A stretch of 59,494 nt of DNA from Octopus bimaculoides (lineage: Eukaryota), in assembly GCF_001194135.2 (NCBI RefSeq), contig NC_068989.1:32362621-32422114 (forward strand). The letters are read 5' to 3'. Below are positions 1 through 12,964 of this stretch, one piece after another (the first letter of the stretch is position 1; the number at the start of each line of letters is the position of its first letter). The notes beneath the pieces are model-generated. The model was not told where the DNA came from. It did not search any database and saw nothing but the letters and a program-made list of their open reading frames with translations. The translations under genes and the position numbers were made by a program.

Positions 1-46
<46 letters not shown>

Positions 47-47
<1 letters not shown>

Positions 48-1108
48 CAAGTCATCCCATAAGTTCTGTCCGAATTTTGAATACAGAAAACAAGTGATCA
101 AATGTTATATTTAATTGATATTTAATCATCAATGTACTTTCCCTGATTATATATGACTTCCTTCCATCTATTTACAAGCTTTTTAATCCCATCAATGTAA
201 AACTCTTTTGCTTCCAAATCAAAGAACTCTGAAATGTCAGTTTTGACCTCCTTCTCCTGGTTTGCAAAAGTTATATCCCCCAAATGATTCTGTAAACTAT
301 GAAATAAATGGTAGTCTGAAGGAGCATGGTTGGGAGAATAAGGTGAATGAGGAATTTTTTTCCCAACTAAGCTCTTCGATCTTCTGTGATGTGATCTTTG
401 CAGTGTCGGGTCACGCATTGTCTTGATGAAATATCACTTTTCGATTCACTAAAGCAGGTCTTTTTTCTTCAAAGCTTGGTTCAAACACTCTAATTGCTGA
501 CAGTAGACTTGAGCATTGATTGTTGCATTAGGTGGTAACAATTCAAAGTGAATTACTCCTTTGCAATCCCACCAGATAGAGAGAAGAACCTTTTTCCCAT
601 GAAGTTCCTTTCTCGATTGTAGTTGAGCTTTTTCCCTTTTACCAAGCCACTGTTTACGACGTTTAACATTTCGATAGAAGATCCATTTTTCTTCACCAGT
701 CTCAAGTCTATCCAAAAATGGTGAATGAGTCTGCGAGAATGGAGAGAAGAGCAGATGTCAACTCAGGATTTGCGGTTACTTTTGGACAATTCATGAGGCA
801 CTCATTTTCCAAGTTTAAGAACCTTTCCAAATTGTTGAAAATGACGATGAACAGTTGTATGATTTGAACTAAGCTTTATTGCCAATTCTTCAACTGATAA
901 TGCAGGATTTTCTTCAAGTAATTCCAAAGGAGCTTATCATCAAACTCAATTGGACGTCCTGTTCGATCTTCATCTTCAAGGCTGAAATCTCCACTTCTGA
1001 ATTTTGCAAACCATCTCCTGCAAGTTCTTTCATTCAAGCATCCTTTCCCATAAACTGAGTGTATGTTTCGAGTCACTTTGGCTGCAGAGTTTCCTTTTTT
1101 GTACTCAT
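47..1108 (-). mobile_element. Decayed mariner (Tc1/mariner) transposon; 5' end lost in N gap
   Basis: Fragmented ORFs with mariner motifs (WIFYRNVKRRKQW, KVLLSIWWDCKGVIHFELL, HSPYSPNHAPSDYHLFHSLQNHL). The end reads TA-TCAAGTCATCCCATAAG, the same TIR type as the copy at 31162. Confidence 0.9.
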
Positions 1109-1699
1109 NNNNNNNNNNNNNNNNNNNNNNNNNNNNNNNNNNNNNNNNNNNNNNNNNNNNNNNNNNNNNNNNNNNNNNNNNNNNNNNNNNNNNNNNNNNN
1201 NNNNNNNNNNNNNNNNNNNNNNNNNNNNNNNNNNNNNNNNNNNNNNNNNNNNNNNNNNNNNNNNNNNNNNNNNNNNNNNNNNNNNNNNNNNNNNNNNNNN
1301 NNNNNNNNNNNNNNNNNNNNNNNNNNNNNNNNNNNNNNNNNNNNNNNNNNNNNNNNNNNNNNNNNNNNNNNNNNNNNNNNNNNNNNNNNNNNNNNNNNNN
1401 NNNNNNNNNNNNNNNNNNNNNNNNNNNNNNNNNNNNNNNNNNNNNNNNNNNNNNNNNNNNNNNNNNNNNNNNNNNNNNNNNNNNNNNNNNNNNNNNNNNN
1501 NNNNNNNNNNNNNNNNNNNNNNNNNNNNNNNNNNNNNNNNNNNNNNNNNNNNNNNNNNNNNNNNNNNNNNNNNNNNNNNNNNNNNNNNNNNNNNNNNNNN
1601 NNNNNNNNNNNNNNNNNNNNNNNNNNNNNNNNNNNNNNNNNNNNNNNNNGTGAAAAATATTGTATGTGGTTAGATGATCTAAAGTCTGTTTTGCAGCAT

Positions 1700-2720
1700 A
1701 TGGGAATAGAAAATGTTTCTTCTTTAATCAAAGTATGATCCATGTTCATTTATGATGTTTACCCAATGTTTCTCTGTCATATATTCCATCTTTAAAAAAG
1801 AATTCATCTTTTGATGTGATAAACTGCCCGAATGCTTCAATTACCTTTTCTCTAGAATGTTTTATTGCTTATGAAAAGCTCAAAATGCTTAAATAAGTGA
1901 TGATCAGTAGGAGAGATATCAGGGGAATAGGGAAGATACTGCAAAATCTCATAATTCAGGCTTTGCAATTTTTGGAACGTAGCTTGAGGAGTGTGAGGAT
2001 GTGCATTGTCATGGAGCAAAATTGGACCATTTCTATTCACTAATCTGGGCTGCTTCTTTTTCAAATTCTCGTGCTTACAATCATTTTCCTGGCAATACGA
2101 TGTTGCTGTTACCATTTTTCCTTGTTGCAAAAATGAATAATGAATAACTCCCTTCACAGACCACTATACAGTGACCACTAACTTTTTAGGGTGCAGTGGT
2201 GGGTTTGGGTAGTGTTTAGGTGACTCTCCTGCATCTAATCACTGCCCTGTTCTCCTGCTATTTTTAAAGAGTATCAATTTCTCATCACAAGTAATGATTT
2301 GATGCAAAAATGGTCTTTTTCCAATCGAGAAAGCAATAAGGAGCACACTTCGAGGTGTCTGTTTTTCTGAATCTCATTCATTTTCTTGACTTTTCCAATT
2401 GTTTACAGGCATCCAAAAACATTTGTGTAAGATGTTTGGAGTTCTGATGAAAATTTTCAAACCTTCATTCTCAGATTTTGTTCAACCAAAGCATTTAATC
2501 CATCATGCCGAATAACTGATTTTGGCCTACTCCTTGGTTTAATTTTAAGGCTGTCATCTGAATGAGAGCTTTGGAACTCTCTCTGAACAGTTCTGATGTC
2601 AATAAAACCATTATCAAAGGCCCATTTGATATTCCATACTTCTGTGGCAGAGTGACCCAGTTGTATACTCATACGAGAAAATCACTCAACATAGTTTCAT
2701 TGTTATCATTTTCATAAAGT
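1700..2720 (-). mobile_element. Decayed mariner transposon, second family
   Basis: ORF pieces KGVIHYSFL...PILLHDNAHPH...LPYSPDISPTDHHLFKHF and N-terminal LGHSATE. Stops and frameshifts present; ends approximate. Confidence 0.85.
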
Positions 2721-2994
2721 CTGTAGGTACAAATTTTGTATACCAATATTGTTGGAAAAGAAAAAAAGTCAAGATTAAATGCAAGGTACAAATAACTGAA
2801 ATAACAAGTAATTAAAAACGTGACATTTCATGTCAAACAACCTAACATATATGTATATATATAGAGAGAGAGATATATGTATATATATATATATAGAGAG
2901 AGAGATATGTATATATAGAGATATATGTATATATGAACAATAACAATAGATGGAGCAAAACGAATATAAATAAAAGTTCCTTTAATTCCTACAC

Positions 2995-3066
2995 GTTTCA
3001 AAATATATGTGTACTCTACTCCAAAGAAGTAAGAGCTGCTGGAATTCCACATATATTCATCATCAG
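2995..3066 (-). ncRNA. Hammerhead-ribozyme-like core, left arm of palindrome
   Basis: The minus strand reads CTGATGA-TGAATATATGTG...CACATATATTTT-GAAAC. Confidence 0.45.
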
Positions 3067-3204
3067 GGAACCAACATATAGAAGCAAGACAAATGCGAAA
3101 TGATGAGGTAACTTACGAGCTATAATATTACATGGCCAAGTAATATTATAGCTCGTAAGTTACCTCATCATTTCTCATTTGTCTTGCTTTTATATGTTGG
3201 TTCC

Positions 3205-3276
3205 CTGACGATGAATATATGTGGAATTCCAGCAGCTCTTACTTCTTTGGAGAAGAGCACACATATATTTTGAAAC
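3205..3276 (+). ncRNA. Hammerhead-ribozyme-like core, right arm of palindrome
   Basis: CTGACGA, then a stem GAATATATGTG...CACATATATTT containing a GCTCTT/AAGAGC hairpin, then GAAAC. Stems I/III not verified. Confidence 0.45.
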
Positions 3277-3548
3277 ATGTGTAGGAATTAAAGGAACTTT
3301 TATTTATATTCGTTTTGCTCCATCTGTTGTTATTATTCATATCTACTCAAAATGCATCACTTCAACTTGGTATTTCTACCTATAAAACGGGTGTGATATC
3401 CTGTTTTTTTTTGTGTAATTTTTGGTACCCATGGTAACTATTAACATATTTACATTGTCAGATTTTTTTTAAACTGAGATAATATTAATATATACATAAA
3501 CTGATATATGTATACCTATTAGATATATGCATAGATATATGTATAGAC

Positions 3549-3593
<45 letters not shown>

Positions 3594-3639
3594 TAGATAG
3601 ATAGATGTATAGATATATAAATTTGTATAAATAAGGATA

Positions 3640-5220
3640 AGATCCTTATTTAAAATACCGATCATATCAAGCATGGGAATAAAAACCTTATAGGTAATAA
3701 TTATTATTAAAATTATAATTAAGGGTATCTAAAGGATATCACCGTGCTAGAGATAGCAATCAAAAATTGAGTCTAAAACCACGTCAAGTATTCATACAGC
3801 ACCATCGAGAAAACACAAAGAGACAAATAAATTGTCAATTAATTAATTTAGTGTTAAAAAAGCTATCGACTAAAATTATCATTAAAAATCAATTGAATCA
3901 AAATAAAAATACATATTTTTTTCAAACAATGATATAAAGTCATTTAACAAAGGTAAAACGATACTTATCGCTGCGCTGCTGCAGTTTAAACTAAAATTTA
4001 GACGTTAAACTCAGAACTAAAGCGTTTATTAGAAAGAGTCCACGTGAAGATATTACGTTAAGAAAAAGAATAGAATAAAGAGATATAAAAACATGAATGA
4101 AAGAATTATTTATAAAATCATGAATGAAAGATTTAAACTTTATATAACTTACATCGTAATAAAACAATTAGCTATATTTTAATGAACGTTAAATTCTAAG
4201 TAATTATAGATTTTAAATAATATATACGAAATAAGCTAAAATGATAAATTTAGTCGATAGCTTTTTTAACACTAAATTAATTAGTAGTAAGTTTATCATC
4301 TTAGCCTAAACCAAGACTTTCGATTAAATTAGGGTTGAATTTTTTCCATTAATACTGTTTAATATTTATTTTTATTTTATGGGATGAATAACTAGTCTTT
4401 TTATTTAATTTCTTTGATTATACAATATCGTTAATTGTTTTATTATGATTTAAGTTATATAAAGTTTAATCTTTCATTCATAATAAAATTTTCGTTCATG
4501 TTTTTATATCTATTTATTCTATTCTTTTTCTTTACGTAATATTTTCACGAGACTTCTTTCTAATAAATGTTTTAGTTTAAAATCATTTACTTTAAACTAT
4601 TGCATCGTTTAGATAAGTGTTATATCTATCTTTATTATTTTAACCTAAAACTTCGTTCAAATTGTATTTTAAACGAAAGATTCGATAAAATTAGCTTTTG
4701 CATATAATATTCTTGTTAGCTTATATTATAATAAACGTAAAGATAATTATGGAACGTTTATAATTCTGATATTTTTAATAATATTATTCTATCTTAATAT
4801 AATAAGTATTTTATTTACATTCATTTGTTATTTATTGTTGATTGATATATACATTCTTTTATTATTATTATTGTTGTATTTTGACCTGAAGATTAGTTAT
4901 ATTTTTTAATAGAATTGATTTTCGATAATTTTAATCGATTTAAATATATTTTCTATTTGAAAATTGGTTATAAAACACGTGTAGTCGTTTGATTATCATT
5001 ATCTTATGATATTTACTTTGTATTATACTATACTTATTTATTGTGCTTTTACTTATTATGTGACAGTGGATTTTCATCGATGAGTTCATGAACCTTGGTT
5101 CTTTTCCCTAAAACTATATATCTATATTTTATACTGTGAAACTTAATTTAATATTAATTTTTAATAAATTGAATTTAATTGAGTTTTTGCCTGTAAATTT
5201 GTATTTTTATCCCTAATAAT
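3640..5220. repeat. AT-rich element with interleaved inverted repeats, related to the flank of the GIY-YIG element at 38.7 kb
   Basis: Inverted pairs ~3841-3885/4238-4285 and ~3975-4175/4430-4610. CGTGAAGATATTACGTTAAGAAAAAG resembles CGTGAAAATATGGCGTAAAGAAAAAA at ~38730. Confidence 0.55.
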
Positions 5221-5224
5221 ATTA

Positions 5225-5279
<55 letters not shown>

Positions 5280-5469
5280 ATATAAAAATACATATATACA
5301 TATACATATATATAAAAATACATATACATATATATATACACACACAGGCGCATATATATATATATATATNNNNNNNNNNNNNNNNNNNNNNNNNNNNNNN
5401 NNNNNNNNNNNNNNNNNNNNNNNNNNNNNNNNNNNNNNNNNNNNNNNNNNNNNNNNNNNNNNNNNNNNN

Positions 5470-5678
5470 GCCTGACTGGCCTTTGTGCAGGTGACACGTA
5501 AAAGCACCTACTACACTCTGTCAGTGGTTGGCGTTAGGAGGGGCATCCAGCTGTAGAAACTCTGCCTAATTTAGATTGGAGCCTGGTGTTGCCATCCGGT
5601 TTCACCAGTCCTCAGTCAAGTCGTCCAACCCATGCTAGCATGGAAAGCGGACGTTAAACGATGATGATGATGATGATG
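5470..5678 (+). mobile_element. 3' end of abundant RTE LINE family with (GAT)n tail
   Basis: Family signature GGTTGGCGTTAGGAAGGGCATCCAGCTGTAGAAACTCTGCC...CCATGCTAGCATGGAAAGCGGACGTTAAAC(GAT)n. Confidence 0.85.
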
Positions 5679-5755
5679 ATATATATGTGTATATATATAT
5701 GTGTGTATATCTCTATATATATGTATATATATATATGTATATATACACATATACG

Positions 5756-5788
<33 letters not shown>

Positions 5789-5809
5789 TTATACAAAGAG
5801 AAAGAAAAA

Positions 5810-8800
5810 GAAACAGATTATCTGTAAATTCTACCTAAATGGTACCTGTTGGCACGGGGAAAAGGGACGAAACTGCAGATTTGCCCATCCCAAACACCAT
5901 CAGCTAAATAAGCTAGATGATCACTCACAACAAAATAAACGGGAGCGCAGAAAAGGGAGACCAAAAAGCTTAAACCTGCATACCCATAATCCACCAAGAA
6001 CCAACAGGACTCACAAAGAGAGAAGTCCATATATTCCTTCTGCTCCCAACAAAAGGCTGTATGCAGAGGCTGTACGAACTGCAGCAGCTGAACAGCAAAC
6101 TTTTTTAAGCATGTCTCAGAAAATAGTACATCAACTAACATGGATACAGAGGGTACAGAGTCAACACCACACAAACCACTGTCCAAGACCACCACAGATG
6201 ATGGATCAGGGATGGCCACCGCTAACACCAGNNNNNNNNNNNNNNNNNNNNNNNNNNNNNNNNNNNNNNNNNNNNNNNNNNNNNNNNNNNNNNNNNNNNN
6301 NNNNNNNNNNNNNNNNNNNNNNNNNNNNNNNNNNNNNNNNNNNNNNNNNNNNNNNNNNNNNNNNNNNNNNNNNNNNNNNNNNNNNNNNNNNNNNNNNNNN
6401 NNNNNNNNNNNNNNNNNNNNNNNNNNNNNNNNNNNNNNNNNNNNNNNNNNNNNNNNNNNNNNNNNNNNNNNNNNNNNNNNNNNNNNNNNNNNNNNNNNNN
6501 NNNNNNNNNNNNNNNNNNNNNNNNNNNNNNNNNNNNNNNNNNNNCCTACTACTCCTATCACACTCAAACTCTGTCTGTGATACTTTAATAGTACACATAA
6601 AACAAATTGATGTAGTTGTATGCTCAACATACCGTCCACCAAATACCGCAAAGCAGGAAGGTAAATTTGAGGATAGCCTCAGATGCATAGAAGAGGTCTT
6701 GACAAATCTGGACCAACACAAATATATTTTTCCTAGGCGACTTTAACCTCCCAAATGTTAAATGGCCTGAAGGTCACATCCTCTCTGGGATGTTACTCGA
6801 TGAACAAAGCCAGGCAACATCTTTGTTAGAACTCTCCAACATGCTGTTCATGGAACAAGTGATACTCCAACCAACCAGGGGAAGCAATGTGAGCCTAATC
6901 CATAATGTGAAAGTAACACCTACATCTCTCTCAGATCATAACATTATAGAATTAACTGTGTATGGTCCTAGACGACCCACTGACACCCACCCCATCAGGA
7001 GGACTCAAGCCATAGCCAACCTGAATTTCCACAGGAAAGTCAATCCTCAAAGAGATTCGAAATCAAAACTGGCATGACAGCTGTTCTATACAAGACGATG
7101 ACCTCAAACTAAGTCATTTTATGTCAACCATACAAGATATATGTGCCAAATACGTGCCAAAAAGAAAGATCAGCAAACATGCCAATAGAATTCCCAGAGA
7201 CAGAAAAATCCTTATGAGACACAGAACAAAGGTCTCAAACCAGTTAAATAGAGAACAGGAGGATAGGAAAAGGGCTAAATTAAAACTAACACTGTTAGAA
7301 ATAGAAAACAAGATCAAACTCTCACATGAAAAGGAGAGAGAAGAGAAGAAGAGAGCAGTAGAAAGCATAAAAACAAACCCCAAGGCTTTCTATAGATTTG
7401 CAAAAGAGACTGCACAGTATAAAATAGGACCCCTATTCCTGCCTAATGGCTCACTGACTGCACACCCCACATGGATAAGTTAAGTGCTCAGTGCACAGTT
7501 CAAGAGTGTTTTCACTTCTCTGAGTCACATGCAGATAAAGAACCCAGCTGATTTCCTTGACAATATCACTCAGCAGAAAAAGACTGCATCCATTACCTAC
7601 ATTGACATTGAAGAGGAAGATGTAATAGCTGCCATAAACGAAATGAGCTCAAATTCGGCAACTGGCCCTGATGGTTTCCCAGCCATCCTCCTAAAGTTGT
7701 GTAAACAAGAATTAGCGGGACCAATCCGGATACTCTTCCAGAGTTTCCTTGCAAGTGGTAAACTTCCCAAAAAGATGAAGGAAGGCACAATATGTCCTAT
7801 CCATAAAGGTGGAAGCAGAGCAGAGGATAGGAACTACAAGCCCATCTCTCTGACTTCACATATTAGCAAAGACATGGAACGAATTGTCAGAAGGAGGTTG
7901 ATTGCGTTCCTAGAAGAAAATGACTTGCTGAATGAGACCCAGCATGGTTTCTGTCCAGGTAGAAGCTGCCTCATACAGCTCTTGCAGCATTATGACTAGC
8001 TCCTGAAGCAGCTACTTGACCATTCAAATGTCGATGTGATATATCTCAACTTTGCAAAGGCCTTTGACAAAGTTGATCATGGCTTGATATGTCACAAGCT
8101 GCGAAACCTTGGCATAGCTGGTAAATTAGGAGAATGGCTGCATGACTTCCTGAATGGTAGAAGTCAGACAGTTGCAGCCAATGGAGAACTATCTAGGGAA
8201 ACGCAAATATTGAGCGGCGTTCCGCAAGGAACTGTCCTGGGGACAATACTGTTCATAGTGGCCCTTCTGGACATGCCCACGGTCACTAGCTACGCTGATG
8301 ACACGAAACTATCTCAGGCAATAAAGAATCCTGATGATATTATAAGTCTGTAGAATGAGCTAAATGCAATATACAAGTGGGCAGAGCAAAATAATATGCA
8401 GTTCAATGCAAAAAAATTTCAAGTACTGCGCTACAAGGCCACAAGTGCCTCCCAACTGGCATACACAGGACCTGGAGGTACTGCAATCCCAGAACCACAA
8501 ACAGTAAGAGACCTGGGCATCAACATGTGTAGTGATGCATCATTTCACATGCACAATGTCAAGTTGACAGCAAAGTGCAGACAACTGGCAGGGTGGATAC
8601 TGAGGACATTCTGAACAAGGGATCAAAAAATCATGTTGACTCTATGGAAGACATTTGTTCTGAGCTGCCTAGACTATTGCTCTCAGTTGTNNNNNNNNNN
8701 AAGAGATGAACTACAGGGAGTGACTGAAAGCACTAGGTCTCTACTCTCTGGAGCGCAGACGGGAGAGATATGTAATAATATACATATGGAAAATACTGGA

Positions 8801-9120
8801 AGGACTGGTCCCAAACTTTGGCATCAAGTACTACAAGAATGCCCGCTCAGGTCGCCACTGCATGGTACCGAAGGTGCTGTCCACTGCATCTCACATAAGA
8901 ATGAGGTACTGCAACAGCCTCGGTTTCAGAGGACCTCAGCTCTTCAATGCCCTGCCAAAACATTTGAGAGAGCTGCAAGACATGGATATAGAGGTCTTCA
9001 AGAGAAAACTCGACGCTTTCCTCCCCACGATACCAGACGAACCAATAGCTCGAAATGAGACACAGTTTAGGGCAGCGATGTCAAACTCTCTTATACACCA
9101 GATGTGCCATCAACACTCTT
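5810..9120 (+). mobile_element. Decayed CR1-like LINE (CCCH finger, APE endonuclease, RT)
   Basis: [22 protein letters not shown]; endonuclease YRPP and GDFNLP; RT YLNFAKAFDKVDHG, SGVPQGTVLG, YADDTK. Several stops and frameshifts. Confidence 0.9.
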
Positions 9121-9258
9121 GATTGGAGAAGAGCCATGCAAGGAACGTGAAGAGAGCACGGCATAAAGACGGGAAATCACAGTGGTGCTCCAGCATGACC
9201 ACAGCTACTTGGCTGAAACTCATAAATAAATAAATATATACATATATAGATATATATG

Positions 9259-9295
<37 letters not shown>

Positions 9296-9405
9296 TTATA
9301 TATATATGAATTATAACATAGGTTAAAAATCCATGATTTTCAGCAGTTGGTCAACATGGAAGTAAAAACCTCATAGGTAAATTTTATGATTATATACATC
9401 ATCAT

Positions 9406-9715
9406 CGTTTAATGTCTGCTTTCCATGCTAGCATGGGTTGGACGATTTGACTGAGGACTGGTGAACCAGATAGCTACACCAGGCTCCAATCTAATTTGGC
9501 AGAGTTTCTACAGCTGGATGCCCTTCCTAACCCCAACCACTCAGAGAGTGTAGTGGGTGCTTTTACGTGCCACCGGCACAAAGGCCAATCAGGCAGTACT
9601 GGCAACGGCCACAGTCAAAATGGTGTATTTTACGTGCCACCTGCACAGGAGTCAATCCAGCGGCACTGGCAACGATCTCGCTCAAATGAGTTTTCATGTG
9701 CCAGGAACGCAATAA
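9406..9715 (-). mobile_element. RTE LINE 3' UTR copy
   Basis: Reverse complement of the family signature, starting at (CAT)n. Confidence 0.85.
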
Positions 9716-9769
9716 TTATAAATAGCATGTGGCTATGATCCTCACTACGAAGAAATATATATATATATA

Positions 9770-10165
9770 GGCGTAGGAGTGGCTGTGTGGTAATTAGCTT
9801 GCTTACCAACCACATTAATCTGGGTTCAGTCCACTGCATGCCACCTTGGGCAAGTGTCTTCTACTATAGCCTCAGGCCAATCAAAGCCTTGTGAATGGAT
9901 TTGGTATATGGAAACTGAAAGAAGCCCATCGTATATATGTACGGGTGTGTATATGTTTGTGTGTCTGTGTTTGTCCCTCTAACATCGTTTGACAACTGAT
10001 GCTGGTGTGTTTACGTCCCCATAACTTAGCGGTTCGGCAAAAGAGGCCGATGGAATAAGTACTAGACTTACAAAGAATAAGCCTTGGGATCGATTTGCTC
10101 AACTTAAGGCAGTGCTCCAGCATGGCCGCAGTCAAATGACTGAACAAGTAAGAGAGTAAAGAGAG
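9770..10165 (+). mobile_element. tRNA-derived SINE
   Basis: A-box-like TGGCTGTGTGGT, B-box-like GGGTTCAGTCC, body CCTTGGGCAAGTGTCTTCTACTATAGCC, internal (TG)-rich tract and A/G-rich tail. Confidence 0.75.
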
Positions 10166-10202
10166 TATATATATATATAAATGTTTATGCGTGTGTATAT
10201 AT

Positions 10203-10801
10203 CATCATCATCATCATCATCATCATCGTTTAACGTCCGCTTTCCATGCTAGCATGGGTTGGACGATTTGACTGAGGACTGGTGAAACCGGATGGCAACA
10301 CCAGGCTCCAATCTAATTTGGCAGAGTTTCTACAGCTGGATGCCCTTCCTAACGCCAACCACTCAGAGAGTGTAGTGGGTGCTTTTACGTGTCACCCGCA
10401 CGAAAACGGCCATGCTCGAAATGGTGTCTTTTATGTGCCNNNNNNNNNNNNNNNNNNNNNNNNNNNNNNNNNNNNNNNNNNNNNNNNNNNNNNNNNNNNN
10501 NNNNNNNNNNNNNNNNNNNNNNNNNNNNNNNNNNNNNNNNNNNNNNNNNNNNNNNNNNNNNNNNNNNNNNNNNNNNNNNNNNNNNNNNNNNNNNNNNNNN
10601 NNNNNNNNNNNNNNNNNNNNNNNNNNNNNNNNNNNNNNNNNNNNNNNNNNNNNNNNNNNNNNNNNNNNNNNNGGGTGTGGCACCTTTTCACGCAGCTATC
10701 CTCATCCATTCTCACCACATGTCCATACCAGCACAATCGTCTCACTTGCACACCACAACTGATGCTTCTAATGTTCAGCTTTTCTCTCAAGATACTTACT
10801 C
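10203..10801 (-). mobile_element. RTE LINE 3' end (ORF C-terminus plus UTR) spanning a gap
   Basis: (CAT)n tail, family UTR, and LREKLNIRSISCGVQVRRLCWYGHVVRMDEDSCVKRC. Confidence 0.85.
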
Positions 10802-11334
10802 TGTATATATATATATATAAATGTGTGTGTATATATATATATATATACACACATTTATAGTGTTTGTATATATATATATATATGTATATATTGGAAGGTT
10901 TTGAGATGATGTACAGGAATTATATATTAGAAAAAATAATAATCAGGTTCTCAGATGTCTGGATGGTTGTATATTTACAGATTTTTATTCAAATGTCACG
11001 TTTTATAAATTAGTGCTTTCACCTAGTCTTGTAGGTTTATCAAATTTTGAGAGAAATTAGTCTTATATATATATACATATATCTATATATATATATATAT
11101 AACACATAGACCATTATGTAGTGTTAAAATCGGAGAATTTATCGTGGTAATAGTGCTATTTGGTGTCTATTTTTCAGTGCATGTTGAGGCACATAGCCAA
11201 ACACCCTTGCTATAATTACATATTTACATATACATAATTATTGATATAGACATATATTTATTCATATAGATATATATACATACATATATATTTTCACATA
11301 GATATATATATATATATACATACACATATTCATC

Positions 11335-11625
11335 ATTCGAGCGAGGTCGTCCCAAGTGGCGCTGGACTGGCTCCTGTGCAGGTAGCACGTAAAAAACACC
11401 ATCTTGAGCATGGCCGTCACCAGTACCGCGTGACTGGTCCTCGTGCCGGTGGCACGTAAAAGCACACACTACACTTTCAGAGTGGTTGGTGTTAGGAAGG
11501 GCATCCAGCTGTAGAAACTCTGCCAGATCTGATTGGAGCCTGGTGCAGCCATCCGGTTCACCAGTCCTCAGTCAAATCATCTAACCCATGCTAGCATGGA
11601 AAGCGGACGTTAAACGATGATGATC
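11335..11625 (+). mobile_element. RTE LINE 3' UTR copy
   Basis: Family signature ending in GATGATGAT. Confidence 0.85.
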
Positions 11626-11879
11626 ATCATCATGACAGGGAACTAAGTCTTACTTGAAGTTAATTGAAAAATGGATTATCCAGCAAAATTGGCTGAAATT
11701 TTTTTTTTACATAAGACATTGATACGAAATGTAAAGAATTTATGTAAATAATGTGAGCCATATGCATTAAATTTATGTCAGAGAAGAGTGCAACCACATA
11801 CAACCACTGTTTGGAGAAGATCGCTCGCTAACTCCAAACCCCAACAGGATAAGTGAAGTGCTAAATATTTATTCTCTGG

Positions 11880-12840
11880 GTGTCTTCACTTTCTCCACTG
11901 GGAAACTGGGAGAGTGGCTGCATGAAGGACAGAAGTCAGTCATACAATGAGCTACTCTCACCAGCTATGCTGAGAATACGAAAGTATTTCATGTGGCCAA
12001 GGACCCTGATGACATGGTAAAACTGCAAAATGACCTGAATATAATATACAAATGGACTGATGAAAATAATATGCATTTGAATTCTGATGAGTTTCAGGCA
12101 CTCTGCTATCAGTCCACAAACAGACTACAATTGGAATACAGGAGGCAGTGCAATCCCAGTGTTAGAATCAGTGTGTGACTTGGGAATCCACATGAGTAGT
12201 GAGGTAATATTCCATGTGCATACTGCCATGATGGCAACACTGTGCAAGTGAGTGTGCAAGATGAATCGTTAGATCATTCAGAACTAGAAATAAGGATACC
12301 TTGCTACTCCTATGGAGGACACTTGTCCTCAGTTGTCTGGATACTGCTACCAACTGTGATCATTGCAGAGCATCAAATTGGTGGCAGAACTTGAGGCAAT
12401 CCAGCATCACTACACAAAGAAGATTGAGTCAGTGAAACAAATGAAGCAACAAGAACTGAAGCTCTACTCCTTAGAGAGAAGATGAGAAATGTAGCCAGTG
12501 ATATCCATACAGAAAATCCTGGAAGGTCTAGATTTCAACTTTGGAATTAAAAACTATACCAACCACCAAACTGGATGGCACTGCATAATACCAAAGATAT
12601 CATCTTCTACATCTCAGATAAGGACCCAGTATTGCAACAGTTTGGGTTTCAGGGTACCACAACTGTTTAACATCCTACCAAGGAACCTAAGAGATCTGCA
12701 AGGTGTAGATGTGGAAACATCCAAAAAGCACCTGGACAAATTTCTATCTGAAATCCCAAATGAGCCCACATAGCTGGAGGAAGCATAAAGAGCAGCTTTG
12801 TCCAACTCATTTCTTCACCAAAAACATTGAAACATGGTGC
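11880..12840 (+). mobile_element. Decayed, internally deleted CR1-like LINE 3' fragment
   Basis: Homologous to 8100-9110 (GKLGEWLH; DLNIIYKWTDENNM; YCNSLGFRVPQLFNILP). Confidence 0.8.
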
Positions 12841-12964
12841 TACAGTATGGCCCCAGACTCTGGCTGGAACAAGTAAAATATATATATATATACCGGAGTA
12901 AGCACATAAATGTGAAACAAAGTGGAAAAAAATAGTACTCAAATACCAGAGGTAGAGTAATATG

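Larger units (their letters stand above)
2931..3342. repeat. ~410-bp near-perfect palindrome of two inverted Penelope-like terminal units
   Basis: 2931-3130 is the reverse complement of 3141-3342 with few mismatches; the centre is CATGGCCAAG. Confidence 0.9.

Noticed and set aside
1004-1749. Long ORFs spanning N runs (also at 5.2, 6.2, 10.4, 36.3, 41.1 and 47.3 kb)
   Set aside because: Open only because N is translated as X.
5161-5507. IYIY-type ORFs from (TA)n/(CA)n tracts (also at 2.9, 36.5 and 58.0-58.3 kb)
   Set aside because: Microsatellite translation, not genes.
9496-9738. Recurrent ORF LAEFLQLDALPNANHSESVVGAF (many copies)
   Set aside because: Antisense reading of the RTE 3' UTR repeat; variable length and no domain signature.
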